IMG/VR virus record: IMGVR_UViG_2930950021_000002
Reading direction: 5' to 3' (one strand)
Origin: a virus
DNA length: 64,000 nucleotides
Part shown: positions 45,834-59,450 of the stretch, piece by piece
Numbering within the stretch: position 1 is the first letter of the stretch
Layout: the number at the start of each line of letters is the position of its first letter
Program-made: the position numbers and the translations under genes
The notes under the pieces: model-generated
Seen by the model: only the letters and a program-made list of their open reading frames with translations
The model's database searches: none
Told to the model about the DNA's origin: nothing

Positions 45834-46037
45834 CTAGTTAGTGGTGCTTATTGTCGTTGCTTGAGATGTCGTTGCTTGAGATGTCGTTGCTTGAGTTGTT
45901 GGTGCTACATAATCATCTCCGGTAATTGCCTTGTAATCGTCAGCGGTAATCCCATCTGGTAATCCCACAACTGTTGCTAACGTTGCTTTATCAATCGTCT
46001 TCCAATCTTGATATGCCCACGTATAAATTTGAACCAT
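45834..46037 (-). CDS. Copy 2: XkdX-like protein
   Basis: Same protein as copy 1. Confidence 0.7.
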   Translation of the reverse strand: MVQIYTWAYQDWKTIDKATLATVVGLPDGITADDYKAITGDDYVAPTTQATTSQATTSQATTISTTN

Positions 46038-46038
46038 A

Positions 46039-46398
46039 TTATTTCGTCTCCTTTGCTGATTGACTGAGTGCTAATGCTGTGATTGACTTCTTCAATTGGT
46101 CGATACTAGTTGCGGATACCGTTTGCTGTTGGGCTAAAGCCGTTGCCGACTGTACAGCTTCCTGACTAGTCTTCAACACATCGGAATACTTGTTATTCAA
46201 CTCATCGAGGGATAAGTTTGGCAAGTTACCCGGATTGAGTACCACCTTTTTATCCGTATCGTACCGGAATTTGTCAGAATGCTGGGAAAACTGAGTAATC
46301 CATGAATCTAAGATGAACACCTTCGTGTACCCGTCTGCTTCGGTACTTTGGTAAGCAGTAATGAAACCGTCTTTGTCATAAGTGATATAAATAAACAT
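46039..46398 (-). CDS. Copy 2: tail-fibre-associated protein
   Basis: Same protein as copy 1. Confidence 0.7.
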   Translation of the reverse strand: MFIYITYDKDGFITAYQSTEADGYTKVFILDSWITQFSQHSDKFRYDTDKKVVLNPGNLPNLSLDELNNKYSDVLKTSQEAVQSATALAQQQTVSATSIDQLKKSITALALSQSAKETK

Positions 46399-46411
46399 GT
46401 AATCGTCCTTT

Positions 46412-48856
46412 CTAAACTAATTTGTCATAAGTGACATTGGCAAGGCTCGAAGTTGCTGCAATATTTACGACCCCTGATACAGGAATAAACGTTAAATTCG
46501 TTGAACTTTGACTAGCATAAGCAATACTCAAGTTGTAATTGCTATCATATTTAAAATATGACACGGATAAAGTTAATATTGAGTTAATAATGCTGCCAAG
46601 TTGAACGGTAACTGCAACGCCCTGAATATAATCAGGCAACACTATGGACCCAGATAAATATAGCGTGTGATTGCTATCATCTATCTTATACAAAATGCTA
46701 GAATTTGGGGATACAGTATGTCCACTAGCAGGAATAATATACTTATTATCTAGCTGATACCAAGCTTGGTCTTCAACGCTTTTCAAATCAGCCGCGGTAG
46801 CGACATTGACACCTCCTGATTGTAATCCCGCAGTAAAGTTTGTAGGCTTGCTGGAGTCAACCATGTTAGCCGTAGCGGTGCTGATAGCGGTTGTAACATC
46901 GTTGGTATTAGCTAAGGATACCCAAGAAGTGAAGCCAAAACTCCCAGTATTATAATTCCAAGAGCGCATTCCTAATACAGCATTACTTGTTTTATATGCT
47001 ACCTGAACACCGTTTACACTATTAATAGGAATTACTTGATAAATAGTCCAGTTATCCGCCCCAGGAAATCCATTAGTGCCATTCATAACTTGATAATATC
47101 CGCCAGTCAATAAAGTATTCATATCTGTCCCAGTAACTTGCTTAGTGGAATTATGCAGTACAGTTGAATCGTCAGCAGGTGTGTAACCAATTTTATCTTG
47201 CTTGGCATTAACTTCTTCAATTCCTGCAACATCACTGGCTGGTTTACGCATATCAGCTACATTTACTTTATCCTCTGGAGCGGGTGTCCAATCATTTAAA
47301 ACTGATGTTTTTTCCAAGCTGGCTTGAATTGGAGCTCCATATGTTCTAAAAGATATTCTGACATAGGCCGTATTTGCTGGGAAAGCTGTGGTAATAACAT
47401 TAGGAATAGAAACATTAAGGGACCCAAAAGGAAGTATCCTTATGACTGACGTTATAGTTCCTGTCACTGTTGCAAGTCCATTTGTATAGCGTGAGATAAA
47501 TTGCTCATTAGCGTCATAAAATCCGATTCCCTGCCATGCCTGATTAGCATTTACCTGCTGGACTATTTGGCAGTAATAGCTTTGTGTTGTATCTACCGGA
47601 ATAAAATTTGAGACGACTTCTTTATTTGTTGTATTAGAAGATGCTATCGTTCCATCGGCAGCATTTATATAACCAGAGTTGTAATTTGAAATGGGAAGAA
47701 GGTTTCGTCCACCAACACTATCAGTTAATTTATTGTATGGACTGGCTTGTGTTCCATCAACCTCAATCGTCCCATTGCCATTGTCATGAACTACTTTACT
47801 ATCATCAGCTGGCGTGTAGCCAATTTTATCTTGTTTAGCACTTAATCCATTGTTCAAATCAGTAACAGTTACATAATTACTTAAATCAGGACTTACACTA
47901 CCACAATTTTTCCAAGCTCCAGAATCCCAAACATATAAATCTGTTCCAACAAAATAACAATAGCCTTCTTGATTTCCAGTCGTTGGAAGTTGTGAAGCAT
48001 CATTGACTGTACCTTTAACAACCAATCCAGCACCAACAGGGCCTTGTGGACCGACTGGACCAGTAGCGCCAGTGTCACCTTTAGGCCCTTGCGGACCGGT
48101 TGAACCAGTATCACCTTTAGGTCCTTGAATACCTTGAGGACCTTGAATTGGACCACAATCTTTCCAAGCCCCATTTGTCCAGACATACAATTCTTCATTA
48201 ACTAAATATCCATCGCCTTCGGTTGCAGTGGCTGGTAATGTGGAAACTGAAGCAACTTGTCCTTTGATGTCAAGTCCTGCACCAGTATCACCTTTTGGTC
48301 CTTGTAAGGTTGAAACTTGATTAGTTAAGTCAGTCTTAAGCTGGTCGAACTCCTGTTGGAAATCGTCCAAACTCATAACCGGGATAACGTCACCAGAGTC
48401 ACTCATCACATTTTCAGTAATGGTGAATCCTTGTGGGTCATCACTTGGGAAGATGGCGTTGTACGTAGTGGTATTAGTTGTTGTTGTTGTTGTTGAGGTG
48501 GTATTAGTGGTTGAACCAGTATCTGTTAATCCCTCTTGGCTACCAGGTGTTACTAGGCTGGATAAGGTCACCCAAACTTCAATTGTATAATCATCTGGTA
48601 CCAGGGCATTCATAACTTCGGCGTCAACTGGCATGGTAATCAATCCGGCTAATGGTTGCTTAATCGTAGCCATATCAATCGACTTAGTGAATACATAACC
48701 GGTATCGTTGGCAACCTTTACATCAATTGCCGTGGCATTAGTTAAGTCGAATGCTGAACCATCTTGGGTAATCGCCAGATTGAAACTGGCTGTGGTATCA
48801 AGATATTTAACCTCATTGTTACCATCGGTAAAGTAAAGTTCTTTACTCACTTGCAC
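46412..48856 (-). CDS. Copy 2: tail fibre
   Basis: Same protein as copy 1. Confidence 0.88.
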   Translation of the reverse strand: MQVSKELYFTDGNNEVKYLDTTASFNLAITQDGSAFDLTNATAIDVKVANDTGYVFTKSIDMATIKQPLAGLITMPVDAEVMNALVPDDYTIEVWVTLSSLVTPGSQEGLTDTGSTTNTTSTTTTTTNTTTYNAIFPSDDPQGFTITENVMSDSGDVIPVMSLDDFQQEFDQLKTDLTNQVSTLQGPKGDTGAGLDIKGQVASVSTLPATATEGDGYLVNEELYVWTNGAWKDCGPIQGPQGIQGPKGDTGSTGPQGPKGDTGATGPVGPQGPVGAGLVVKGTVNDASQLPTTGNQEGYCYFVGTDLYVWDSGAWKNCGSVSPDLSNYVTVTDLNNGLSAKQDKIGYTPADDSKVVHDNGNGTIEVDGTQASPYNKLTDSVGGRNLLPISNYNSGYINAADGTIASSNTTNKEVVSNFIPVDTTQSYYCQIVQQVNANQAWQGIGFYDANEQFISRYTNGLATVTGTITSVIRILPFGSLNVSIPNVITTAFPANTAYVRISFRTYGAPIQASLEKTSVLNDWTPAPEDKVNVADMRKPASDVAGIEEVNAKQDKIGYTPADDSTVLHNSTKQVTGTDMNTLLTGGYYQVMNGTNGFPGADNWTIYQVIPINSVNGVQVAYKTSNAVLGMRSWNYNTGSFGFTSWVSLANTNDVTTAISTATANMVDSSKPTNFTAGLQSGGVNVATAADLKSVEDQAWYQLDNKYIIPASGHTVSPNSSILYKIDDSNHTLYLSGSIVLPDYIQGVAVTVQLGSIINSILTLSVSYFKYDSNYNLSIAYASQSSTNLTFIPVSGVVNIAATSSLANVTYDKLV

Positions 48857-49082
48857 CGCCTCCTAGGGCATTTGTAGCTTCAGTTTTTAACCTAGTTAGT
48901 ACCAATTTCTTGAACCCAGCCCACATATCTTCCTTGGTTGACCCAGAGAAGGCTGTAGAAGCTTCATCAGCCGTGGCATCGAAGTTACCGTAAGCTTGGT
49001 GATTGGTACCACTAAAAACGACCGTGTAGGCAACGTGAGTGGTGTTATCTGAGTTCTGCTTGACATCTAAACTTGTAATCAT
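48843..49082 (-). CDS. Copy 2: small tail protein
   Basis: Same protein as copy 1. Confidence 0.7.
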   Translation of the reverse strand: MITSLDVKQNSDNTTHVAYTVVFSGTNHQAYGNFDATADEASTAFSGSTKEDMWAGFKKLVLTRLKTEATNALGGGASE

Positions 49083-50098
49083 TTACTTTCCGTCCTTTCT
49101 AATTGTGTGATTCGGTAGCTAAGTTCATCTATCCGCTGGTTGGACTTCTTTAAGGCCGCCAATAAGATGGAAATGGTATTGGATTCATTTAAGAAGTAAT
49201 TCCCATTTTCATCCGTGCTAATCATATCGTTGGCAATACTTGCAGACTTTTTACCAACCTCATTAACGTCATCAATAATCGGGCCGATATGTTGGGAATT
49301 AGCTGAGTTGTCGGAATCCTTGTACTTCCATTTTTTAACATCCGTGTTCATAACAGCAGACAAGGCTTCATCTGGAGAATACTCAGTCACATCTCGTTTA
49401 GCAGATAAGGCAGACTTCAACGCGGTTCCATTGGAATAAACAAGACCAGCACGAATATCTGCTACATTGCTCTCACCACCGCCTCCGCCATTTTTTTGAA
49501 ACCAGAATTGCCCTGAATCATCACAGGCTATGGTGTGTCCGCTAATAGATAATCCATTGCTATTAATGCCCTTAGCAGAGTCTAGGGTGACAGTCCCGGT
49601 GTTGCCTTTGGCTAGAGAAATCATGCCACCGTAAATATCTGTTGTATCCCCATCAATCAGGTTACTAGCTTCAAATCCTGAATTATTCATCGTGAACTTA
49701 TCTATCCCTGAATCAATACTAATTGAGCCACCACTAATTTGAGCACCCTTGATACTGGCTGACTCAATCGTCCCGGCGGTAACGTGCCCTAAATCAGCTG
49801 TTAGGGCCGACAACTTTTTAACACTTAGTGCCTGCTGGTCCCACTTTTTAACCTTCCATTGGCCGTCAGTGTAGATATACATAGCTGAGGCAACATCATC
49901 GTTAATAACCGTCCACATATCACCTTCGTTATGTTCCTTGCCGTCATCGAAGGGTGTGCTGGTTGACACTGTCGTTTTCCCATCCATGGTGGCTACCGTA
50001 TTCTTCATCTTATCGGCTAAATCATCAGCGCTATTTGAAGCAATTTGAGCTAACTTGGTGGCTTCGTTAATGTCAACTGAACCCGTTGCAATAATCAT
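49079..50098 (-). CDS. Copy 2: tail protein with chaperone-like domain
   Basis: Same protein as copy 1. Confidence 0.75.
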   Translation of the reverse strand: MIIATGSVDINEATKLAQIASNSADDLADKMKNTVATMDGKTTVSTSTPFDDGKEHNEGDMWTVINDDVASAMYIYTDGQWKVKKWDQQALSVKKLSALTADLGHVTAGTIESASIKGAQISGGSISIDSGIDKFTMNNSGFEASNLIDGDTTDIYGGMISLAKGNTGTVTLDSAKGINSNGLSISGHTIACDDSGQFWFQKNGGGGGESNVADIRAGLVYSNGTALKSALSAKRDVTEYSPDEALSAVMNTDVKKWKYKDSDNSANSQHIGPIIDDVNEVGKKSASIANDMISTDENGNYFLNESNTISILLAALKKSNQRIDELSYRITQLERTESK

Positions 50099-52687
50099 CC
50101 TTCGACCACCTCCTGATAAGTCTCACCGTCATCAATATTGAAAGCAGAATCATCATCACTGGCACTATCTGAATCGTCAGAGTTGTCAGGGATTACCACA
50201 GGTTCTTCTACCTCGGAGTTTTCCCCTTCATCTTCTGCTGGGTAAGTGACGGCTAAGTCCTTACTATCATCACGGATACCGATTGGAATTGACCATAATC
50301 CCGAGTGACTAATCATGACATTATGAGCCGCATCTCGGTACTCGCTGACATTTAATCCAATTATTATCTGGTTATGAGCCAAGTCCGGGTATACCCCTTC
50401 TGGTTCAAAGTGACCACCGTACTCAATCGGTACAGACAATTGAATATCTTGTGAAGGTTCAAGCTGGTGATTAAAAATGACTGACTGGGTAATGAGATTA
50501 ATGCACAGTACTAGTCGGTAATCTTTGTTGTTGACGTCCCCAGCGGTAAAGAATGCATATGGATAGGCAATTGAATTGGCTTGAACGGTATTATACGTGC
50601 CATCGTTGGCTACCCCACTCGGTACCGGATTCCAACCGAAGTCTTGCAACTTGAAGCGAATAATTGGGAAATAATTACCGGCTTTTAAGTCGGAGATATT
50701 ACATACTTCTACGGTGCCGTCCATCTGACTACCAATCCATAGACCATTGGTAAGGTCAACGTTAGGTCTCACGTACGTTTCCATTTCACACCATTTTGTT
50801 ACCCCACTGGAACCACTATTGATTACAGCATGAGGAGTATATGGGAAGGTCGCCAGCCAATTCTTGCCACCACTCAAATCCTTAATCTGGGAGTAGATAA
50901 GGTTGTTGGCTTCATCATAGCCAAAGGAAGAGCCATGTTGACCTCCTTGAACGATCATGGAATCAATTAGCTTGCCATCAGCACTCCAATGTAGGTATTG
51001 GCAATCGCTTAGATTGGACTGATTTTGCTTTCCCTTGTACGCATAGCTGGCAAGTACCTCACCATTACTCATTTTGTAAGAGAATTGCAATGCTCCAACA
51101 TGGTTATTACCGAACTCATCAGGGTTACCATCAGTGGTCTCCCACAGCTTCTTGAAGGTACCATCAGCATTAGTACCAGTATCTATCCACATCTCAGATT
51201 TACCTTTGTAAAATGAGTCATCTACCGATACGACTAAGCTACCGACAAATGGTGGGGTAATGGTGACCTCATACCCGTCCTTAGCATGGTCTGCTTCCCA
51301 AGTCAGATTATGAGTCCCATCTTGTTGAATGTACTCCCAATTGAAAGCCGCAGCTGATAAGACTGACGTAACATTCTCACCTTCAATGAACAATCGGGCA
51401 ATGACTCGCTTACTAGTGTCAGTATTCGTCCAGGACTGCCCTAAGGGAGTGATTAAGCTGATACTAGCAGCCTTTTGGTTCTTTTGGCGTCTTCAAAAAG
51501 CTTAGCTACATGGTCATTCCATTTCTGTTCCATGTTTTTGATGAAATTGGGAGTAACAACTGTAACCGTTGAAAATTCCCCGATGACTACCTTATTCTGA
51601 GTTGGATCACTCTCGGAAGTTGTCCGTTGAATAACTCTGGCTTGCAAGGTTAACACTGGGGACATTGTCAGGTCGATTACCTTAATGGTATCGCCTAGTT
51701 GAGCATCAAAATCTGACGTTACATCTACTGCGTAGTTAACTCTCGGGTGGTTATACAGCCTGAGTGTCTTCAATCCCAGCGATAGTAAGGCATCGGGTTC
51801 ACTGACCGTAGAACTGGTAATACTTCCTTCTAACCAAGTGTTGGCATCATTGTTGTACCGGCTATTAGCAGAGGCATCAGTGACAAAGTTACGACCACCA
51901 TTACCTTTGGCTGCACTGATTGAGGCTCCACCGGAACCATAGACGTACAGTTTGGTAATCAAGGTAGTATCAACCGTTTCCCGCTTAATACTAAGCATAT
52001 TGTCGCCGTAAGTTATTCTTCGGCCGGTATTCTGTCCCCGTTGGTCGGATAATTCCAGAATGGTATCAACAACAATCCCAGAACTATCTAGCTTAACGTA
52101 CCCATCGGCTTCACAATCGTAGGTCGTCAGAATTGTTTGCAACAGCGTTTGGGAGGAACTCTCTCCATCAATGGAAAAATCTGAAAGTAATCCAGAGGTT
52201 GCATTATCCACCAGTGTTATTCCTGTACCAGCAATAATCCAGTTCATAGCGGCTGGTAAAGCACACTCTTTAATTTCTTTTTTGGTGGAATTGTCTTCCC
52301 TAATCGCCATATTAAGAGGTTAATGGCATCGGCTGAGACAAGGTTAGTACCAGAGGTTGTATCCATGGTTTCATCAACGGTATATATCCGGTACACTCGC
52401 CAGCGGTCATTCGCTTGGTCATAAGCCGCTAAGTGATTGCCTACTTTAAGATATTGAGCCGCTGGACTGTCTGCTACCATGGTGAGACCGGTAAAGGTAT
52501 CATTCCATGACTTGCTATTAGCGTTGGGGTCGGAAGTATTAGCGAGACTTGCTTCGGTAATGCTATCGTTTGAAGAATTATCATCGGCAAGTTGTTGCTG
52601 AATGGTCTCACCCCAGAAAATATTTGTATCAGTTGACGTATCTAGGGTGGCGACTCGTTTAAGGTTCTTATCCAAAATGACGTACAC
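50095..52687 (-). pseudogene. Copy 2: Tal, frameshifted (likely sequencing indels)
   Basis: 1-bp homopolymer losses near 51481 and 52288. Confidence 0.75.
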
Positions 52688-52703
52688 ACGTCTTAACTCC
52701 TTT

Positions 52704-54686
52704 CTACTTAATCGCTGGTTTATATTCCAAAGTTATATCTGAGTTGGCTGGGTCCGGAGTAAAGTGCATCTCTTGGCTGACATCTCCTTCAATTGACGGG
52801 AAGGTAGATAGCCACGAAACATACTTATCAACGTTTCGACCGGCAACCGTGACTGAATTATCAGCAGAATCTATGATAATTTCTTCGCCTGCATGAGCGA
52901 TTACATGGGGAATATCATCGGGGTCATCACTCCCGTCAGAGGTGTATATCTTGAGGTCAGTCAAAGTCTCAAAGTCAGAATAATATCCAACCTTGGACTG
53001 ACTAAATCTTCTTTAATATCATGCTTCATGAATGTTGCGGCTACGTTAGCCAAGGCAAAACCAAACTTGCCAGACTTATCTAACTTTTCAGTATGAATGT
53101 GGACTTTACCCTCAGTATTTTTTGAGAAAACAACCCCAGTCTTAGGATTGAACTCGTTAATCTCAGCTACCCAGTTGTCATAAACATTGCCACCAATGGT
53201 CTTCTTTTGACGTTCTAATGAGAACTCGCCGAAAAAGTTAGAATAAGCGTCTTTGTTCATGTACGTGGTTTCCATGACATACGTATGAATGGTTTTGGAC
53301 TTAGTCTTAACCCTTGGCTTAGACACCCTGGTAGATTTACGCTTACCACCGGACTTCTTCTTGGTAACCTTCTTAGTTGCCTTCTTTTCCTTCTCTTAGT
53401 CGTCTTCCTAGCGGCGGACTTAAAGGCTTCCCGTTGAATGGTAGCTTGATACAGTCTGGCTGATTTAGCTTTGGACTTAGCTTTGGAGGTAGTCTTACCT
53501 TTAACGGTCTTAGTTAAATGAACCCTTACATCATGATGATTTTTCCCATTATCCTTACGGCCACCCTCGTTGTACAAAAGGGTGAGGTACTTGCCTTTAT
53601 CTGTGGTGGCATTAAAGGAACTCCCCAATTGAATGTAACCACGAGGATAACGGCCTTCTGAATAGTCGGTAATCCCCATTCGTCCACAAACATTGTTATT
53701 AGAATCCAGCAGATAACCTTCAACTTTTCCCATGGCTCGTTCATTTTCCATCCGTTTGATATGGTGGAATCGCATGGATACCTTCCAATAATTGCTAATC
53801 TTGGGATACCTTGGTGGATAATAACGGGACCGTAAAAGTCCTTGTGCTTGCCGACTGTACCCCAGTTGTAACTTCCTTTACTATCCTTGGCTACCATTAA
53901 TGCTGAGTCTGTAGCCGTTGCTTTACCATCATTTTCTCCACGATATACCTTAATTGCTTGGGTTCGGTACCAGCTTGAAACCATGTGCTCATTGAGTTGC
54001 AAGGGTCGTGTACTTGTAATTCTTGGTGAGGCGTTAAGCTAGTGACATTGCCATTAGCATCCGTAACCGTTGAACCATCGTCAACATGGTACCCAACCGC
54101 TACATATTGGTCTCCCAAGGTGTAACCGAAGTAGTACAGGTCAGTTTTTGGAATGATATGGATAACTGGTTGAACTGCCGTATTACCAGCCGGAGAAATA
54201 ACCTGCTCATTACTGGTAATCTTAATGTCCCGTTGAGGTAGAAACCCCGTGGGTCAGCCAGCATAAAGGTAAGCGTAGTGGTACAATCCTGTACCCCCTC
54301 ATTAATGAAAGTTGGGGTAGGAATGGCTGTAAAGTGACCATAATAGACCACATCTGGTTGGTCATTGAACCGTAACGGGTACTGAGTATCAGCATCATCA
54401 TTCGTGTTAATGAGGGCTTGGATAGGTTGTTCAGTATCCGGTTGTAATCGTCCCTATCAGTGGGGTACATGGTAATCGGAATGTCTATTTGCTTTTCCCC
54501 GTATGAATTACCTAAAAAAACGCCCCCATATCTACCGGGAACGTCTTGGAAGGATTCGGTTATCGTTGGGGCAATCGGCTTTGATACATGGTTAACCAGA
54601 ACTTCCAAATCTTTATCAGAATTGAAACCACCGGTACCATTCTCATCAAAGGCATAATCAAAGGTATTAACATCATTGAATGCCAT
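52704..54686 (-). pseudogene. Copy 2: Dit, multiply frameshifted (likely sequencing indels)
   Basis: Several 1-bp losses versus copy 1. Confidence 0.75.
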
Positions 54687-56280
54687 TAGTGTAACCCCTT
54701 CCTAAATTTTTACTTAACTTTGTTTTTGTATTAATGCGATTGTACCCATTGTAAATAGCATTATCGGATACCACAGCAGGTACTGGATTCTGTTGACCGG
54801 ATATTAATTCAGCCATCAATCCGATAATCTCTTTCCCTTGCTTAATCAATTCTGATAAATCAGTTGATTGAGTGGATTTAGTAGTGGATTGTCGTGGCTT
54901 ATCCGTCTTAGCAAACTCTTTCATGGTTGAATCCATAATCTGGTATGCTCGGGCACGTTTAGTAATATCCCAAGGTACAATTGACTCCGTCTTATTGCCC
55001 TCAGAAATATGTGCTAACTTTTCAAAGTGGCTAATTCCACCATTAGCATATCTACGGTGACCACTAGGTGCCCAACCACCGGTACGAACATCACTCCGCC
55101 AGCTACTATCATTAAACATTGCTAACAATTGGTCGTAAGCTGAGAGAATATTATTGTGACCCTTAACAGCGTAAGAACTGAAAGTGCTTGGAACAAATTG
55201 AAGTAATCCTTTGGCTGGGTGTCCACTAGCTGAATTAATATCATGTACCTTTTGAAGAACTTTGGCATCACCACCGGATTCATGCATGATGACACTTTTA
55301 ATTGTAGCTAATTCTCCAGCACTGAGGTTAACGTGCATAGCTTTAGCGGCCTTCTCAATCATGGAAGCACCACCATAACTAGCACCACCTGAACCTCCAA
55401 TAGAACTAAACATGTTGGCTAGTTTATCCATAAACTTGAAGAAACCTGAACCAACTTGGGACCTAATTCCCTTGATGTTGCCAGATTGCTTACTAGACTT
55501 AGGAGAACCATCAGATTTACCGTGCATTTTAGTTACGTCATACCAGCCTCTGGTTGATGAACCACCATGGTCCCATAGAGAACCATGAGATACCCCAATA
55601 TGGACGTGTGAGCCACTACCAGCACCGTTTAAACGGCCAAGGGTAGCAATTCGTTGCCCAGTCTTGATGACATCTCCTGTACTGGTTTTGATGTTGTTCA
55701 TTCCACCAAATTCTTGGTAGATTTCTTGCCATCCATCATTGGAGGCAACCGTAATAACATCACCCAATTGACTGTAAGGCCAGTTGTACAATGGTCGTCC
55801 AACGTGAGTAACAGTACCACCATGGACCGCTCTAATAGCTGAACCAAGAGGTCCTGAGAAGTCAACACCATCATGGCTACCAAAACTCCGAGAAGCGCCA
55901 AAGCCATTGGTCTCAGATAATCCCGGATTGTGCCGCCAGTTACCACCAGCAGAACCCCCATCTAAGTCAACCATGGACCATAGCGAACTCCACCAGTTGC
56001 CAGCCTGTTTCTTAACATGTTGAACATACCTTTGGTGATATCAGCAACAACGCCAGCACCGGCCTTAGTGTAATTGAACATTGAATCAAGAGTCTTAATT
56101 GGGTGAGCAATAATCTTTCAGCAGTCGTGAAGAACTTCTTAAGTCCGGTTGCTTTCTTAACAAGCCATCCAGATACATCTCCGATACCTGAGCCGATACC
56201 ACTCATGAGACTTCCGAACCAGTTAGAACTACCTTTGGCAAAGTGGGTAATCCCTTGCATACCCATGAATAGCTTGGTCT
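54673..56280 (-). pseudogene. Copy 2: 3' third of TMP only (deletion join at 56280)
   Basis: Matches copy-1 11633-13242. Confidence 0.8.
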
Positions 56281-56402
56281 AATCCTTGAAAACCTTGTGT
56301 TGGCATAATTTCCGCGAAATGGTCGAATAAATCGCGGCCGTTATTCTTGTAGTAATCGGGGCGGATATTAACCGCACCGCCTTTCGGGTACTTATGCTCC
56401 AT
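56281..56402 (-). pseudogene. Copy 2: 5' part of the DUF3310 gene, cut by the deletion
   Basis: Matches copy-1 30375-30496. Confidence 0.75.
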
Positions 56403-56806
56403 TGTTTTTCACCTCATTCTTAATTTGTCTCTGCTGTTCCTCTTCCAAAATTTCGATTACTCCGTTTTCAGCTTTTCCAGATGAGTACAACGCGTCATGT
56501 CGCCTTCATACTTGATAAGCAGTGTGTTAACAAAATCGCTTCCGTCCTCCAGATACTTCCAGCCTTGCAGCTTTTCAGCTCTGGCGGTCTCAATTGCTAA
56601 CCACACGTTTTCGACTCGAGACTCATCGGCGTGTTTCAATCCAGCCATCAAGGCAACATTATTCGGGTGTGCTGCTACAGCACTTTCAGCAATTCTTGTT
56701 GCTTGAAGAACCGTTAGCTTTGAGTAGATATAGCTTCACGGCCCGCGAACTTGTAAGCCCTTCTGCCGTCATGACTTCCTTGTAGTCGCTGTTGTTCATG
56801 TAACCA

Positions 56807-58068
56807 TCAACCATCGTTATCAACGTCCAATTCCTGAAACTTCATGCCCTGGCCGTTAAACTGGTACGGGATTCGTGCCAGCCAGCCTTCCCGGTTCTTC
56901 TTATCACCACGTTGCGCACGTCAGGCACCTTAGCGTCACGTGTCAAAACACAACAACGTTTGAATCCTGTTCAATTGAACCAGACTCTCGTAAATCGGAT
57001 AGTTGTGGCTCTTTGTCTTGCCGTTGTTCCAATCCACGGTTGAGTTGCGCCAGTTCAATGATCGGCACGTCATACTCGTTCGCCATCACCTTTAGCTGCC
57101 GGGTAATCTCCGATACCTGTAGGTAGCGCTCTTTAATACTTGGCACGGTAATCAGTCCGATGTAGTCAACAAATGCCACATATTCATTTTTATTGGTTTC
57201 ACTGGCATGACGTCGAATGATTCCGGCAATTTGTCCCAGTGTTTAGTGGTATCGTATATGGCTAAATTTGACCGTTTAAAGCGTTCTGCCGAATCCCTGA
57301 CTATTTGCTTGATTGTCGGTGTTAACGTGCTAGCAGAGCTTCTTAGGGACGTTGACGGCACTCCTGTGTCCCACGATACAAAACGGTTCAGCATTTCTCT
57401 TTTGTCATTTCCAGTGTGAAGTAGTCAATACGAAGTTTGGGGTTACGTTTCAACATCGTGGCTGCTAAGTTAACACTGAAAGCCGTCTTACCAACACCCG
57501 GTCGGGCACCGATAGTCAGTAGCATTCCGCCATAGAATCCGCCGGCAAGCGTCTCATCAAGTCGCTTGTACGACTTAATTCCGGGGTCGCTAGGGTGATC
57601 TAAGTTATAATCCAATTCGTTCACCTCCGAATCAAAGGAACCATCATCAGTCGCACTGTCGACCGCCGCAAGGCTGTTGGTGGCGGCAATCAGCGCCATT
57701 AGGTTATCTTCAAACGGCGCTTCATGATATACCGCCATGGCTCGCTGTACTTCCTGTTTACCGTATAGTCGGTGCAAGTCGCGCACCAGCTCCGGCAAAT
57801 TGGCGTCAGTGATAGCCGTGCCCCTAAGCTCTATCAATTCCTTGTACGTCATCGAAAACTGATTGGATAACACCTTCGCCTTGCCATAGACCGTCATTAG
57901 CGAAGAGTCGTCAGCCTGCTGCATGGCTTCAAACAAGATGCGGTAGTTACCGTCAACAAACCACTCACTGTTGGCGTTGACCAGTTCAATGTTCTTCGGC
58001 TCTTTTAACAGTGCAGCCACTATAGCCGCCTCAATCTCTCTATTCGTTGCTCTCACCTTCCTTGGCAT
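56807..58068 (-). pseudogene. Copy 2: DnaB helicase, frameshifted (likely sequencing indels)
   Basis: 1-bp losses near 56925-57410. Confidence 0.75.
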
Positions 58069-58867
58069 ATTGCTTCTCTAACCGCGCCATGTAGTCGGCT
58101 TGGCGCGCGGAACCTTCTTCTGGGGTCAAGACCGGTGGTTCAGAGGTGTCTTGCCGTTGTTGCTTACTTGCCGCCGCTCTGGCTTCGTTGGTGTAGTCGT
58201 CAAAGTGTTCTGCTGAAAATAAAGTTTTGGGTCTTAGATACTGTTGCATGTCTGGATTGTCTTTCCACTCCAATGACTTGTAGTGGATCACCATTCCAAA
58301 ATCATGTTCTGTAAAGCCTTCTGCTATTCGTGCATGGATCATTCCACGCGTTTTGTCGGTGGTGTGATACTTGTGTCCAGTTTCCGAATTTAGATAGTCA
58401 ACAATCTTTTTGTAGTCGACAGCTGGTTCCTTCAACTTATCTTTTTTCTTGTCATTCTTATCATTCTTGTTAGTGGTTGTCCGCTGGTTGTCGCTTGGTT
58501 GTTCGTTGGTTGTTTCGCTGGTTGTCTCATTTTCTTTAACTTGAAAAGATCCCCAGTTAACAACGTTTATAAGGGTATTAGTGTTGGTTGTCTCGCTGGT
58601 TATAAAACCAAGTTTGGTAAACCGCTGCATTGCACCACGTACAGCTTGGCGAGTTATCCCACGACCGCTTTTTTTGGCCAAACTGTCCGCTGATGTAATA
58701 AACTGACCGGGCTTAACTACAAACGGTTTCCCCTTCCATTCCCACTTGTTTTCGGAATGATTAGCAAGTAACAATATTGCAATTAAAATTGATCGCTGAT
58801 TTGAAGTTGACAATAGCCAAATTGGTTTATCCAACAACTCGCGGTAGAGTTTTACCCATCCCTGCAT
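58040..58867 (-). CDS. Copy 2: replication initiator
   Basis: Same protein as copy 1. Confidence 0.9.
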   Translation of the reverse strand: MQGWVKLYRELLDKPIWLLSTSNQRSILIAILLLANHSENKWEWKGKPFVVKPGQFITSADSLAKKSGRGITRQAVRGAMQRFTKLGFITSETTNTNTLINVVNWGSFQVKENETTSETTNEQPSDNQRTTTNKNDKNDKKKDKLKEPAVDYKKIVDYLNSETGHKYHTTDKTRGMIHARIAEGFTEHDFGMVIHYKSLEWKDNPDMQQYLRPKTLFSAEHFDDYTNEARAAASKQQRQDTSEPPVLTPEEGSARQADYMARLEKQYAKEGESNE

Positions 58868-58885
58868 TTTCTACCGCCTCGCAAT

Positions 58886-59449
58886 CTAGAATGGAACATC
58901 GTCGTCAGAGATGTCTACGCCACCACCGTTACCGGTGAAAGGATCAGTTGGCCCGGCAGATGGCGCACCGTTACCCATGTTCGCTGGAATTGAGTTAGCA
59001 GCTGTATCAATGGCTTTATTGCTCTTGATGATTGGCTTTTCTGCCATAGGCTTGTGTAGTGATGGCTTGAAGGAACGAACACTAGGCCGTAACACGCCCT
59101 TGTTGTCTTCTTCCATAGTGACCACTGCAATGAACGGCTTGCCTAACATCTCTTCCGCCCAATTGCTAGGAGTGCCGAAGTCATGGCCGTTTTCGTACAT
59201 CTCGGTGGCTTTAGTCAGCGCATTAAAACGCCATTGTGCCTTGGGAGTAGCCACGAAGTTATCGTACTGGATCAGAGCGCCCTTAGCTGGCTGGTCAACG
59301 TCTGTGCGTACCCGATAATTAAGAGTTTCCATTTCGTTACGTGTCCGTTGAGTTAGCTTGTCTGCAAAGCTGGTTGCATAAACTTCATATTCTCCCGGCT
59401 TAGTGATTTGTTCATTACCTACATTTTTTTCGTCGTATCCAAATGACAT
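58886..59449 (-). CDS. Copy 2: DUF669 ssDNA-binding protein (intact)
   Basis: Continuous frame from MSFGYDEK. Confidence 0.88.
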   Translation of the reverse strand: MSFGYDEKNVGNEQITKPGEYEVYATSFADKLTQRTRNEMETLNYRVRTDVDQPAKGALIQYDNFVATPKAQWRFNALTKATEMYENGHDFGTPSNWAEEMLGKPFIAVVTMEEDNKGVLRPSVRSFKPSLHKPMAEKPIIKSNKAIDTAANSIPANMGNGAPSAGPTDPFTGNGGGVDISDDDVPF

Positions 59450-59450
59450 A

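Noticed and set aside
51480-57420. Real decay of Tal, Dit and DnaB in copy 2
   Set aside because: All differences seen are 1-bp losses clustered around one junction, with no substitutions noticed; this is an error signature
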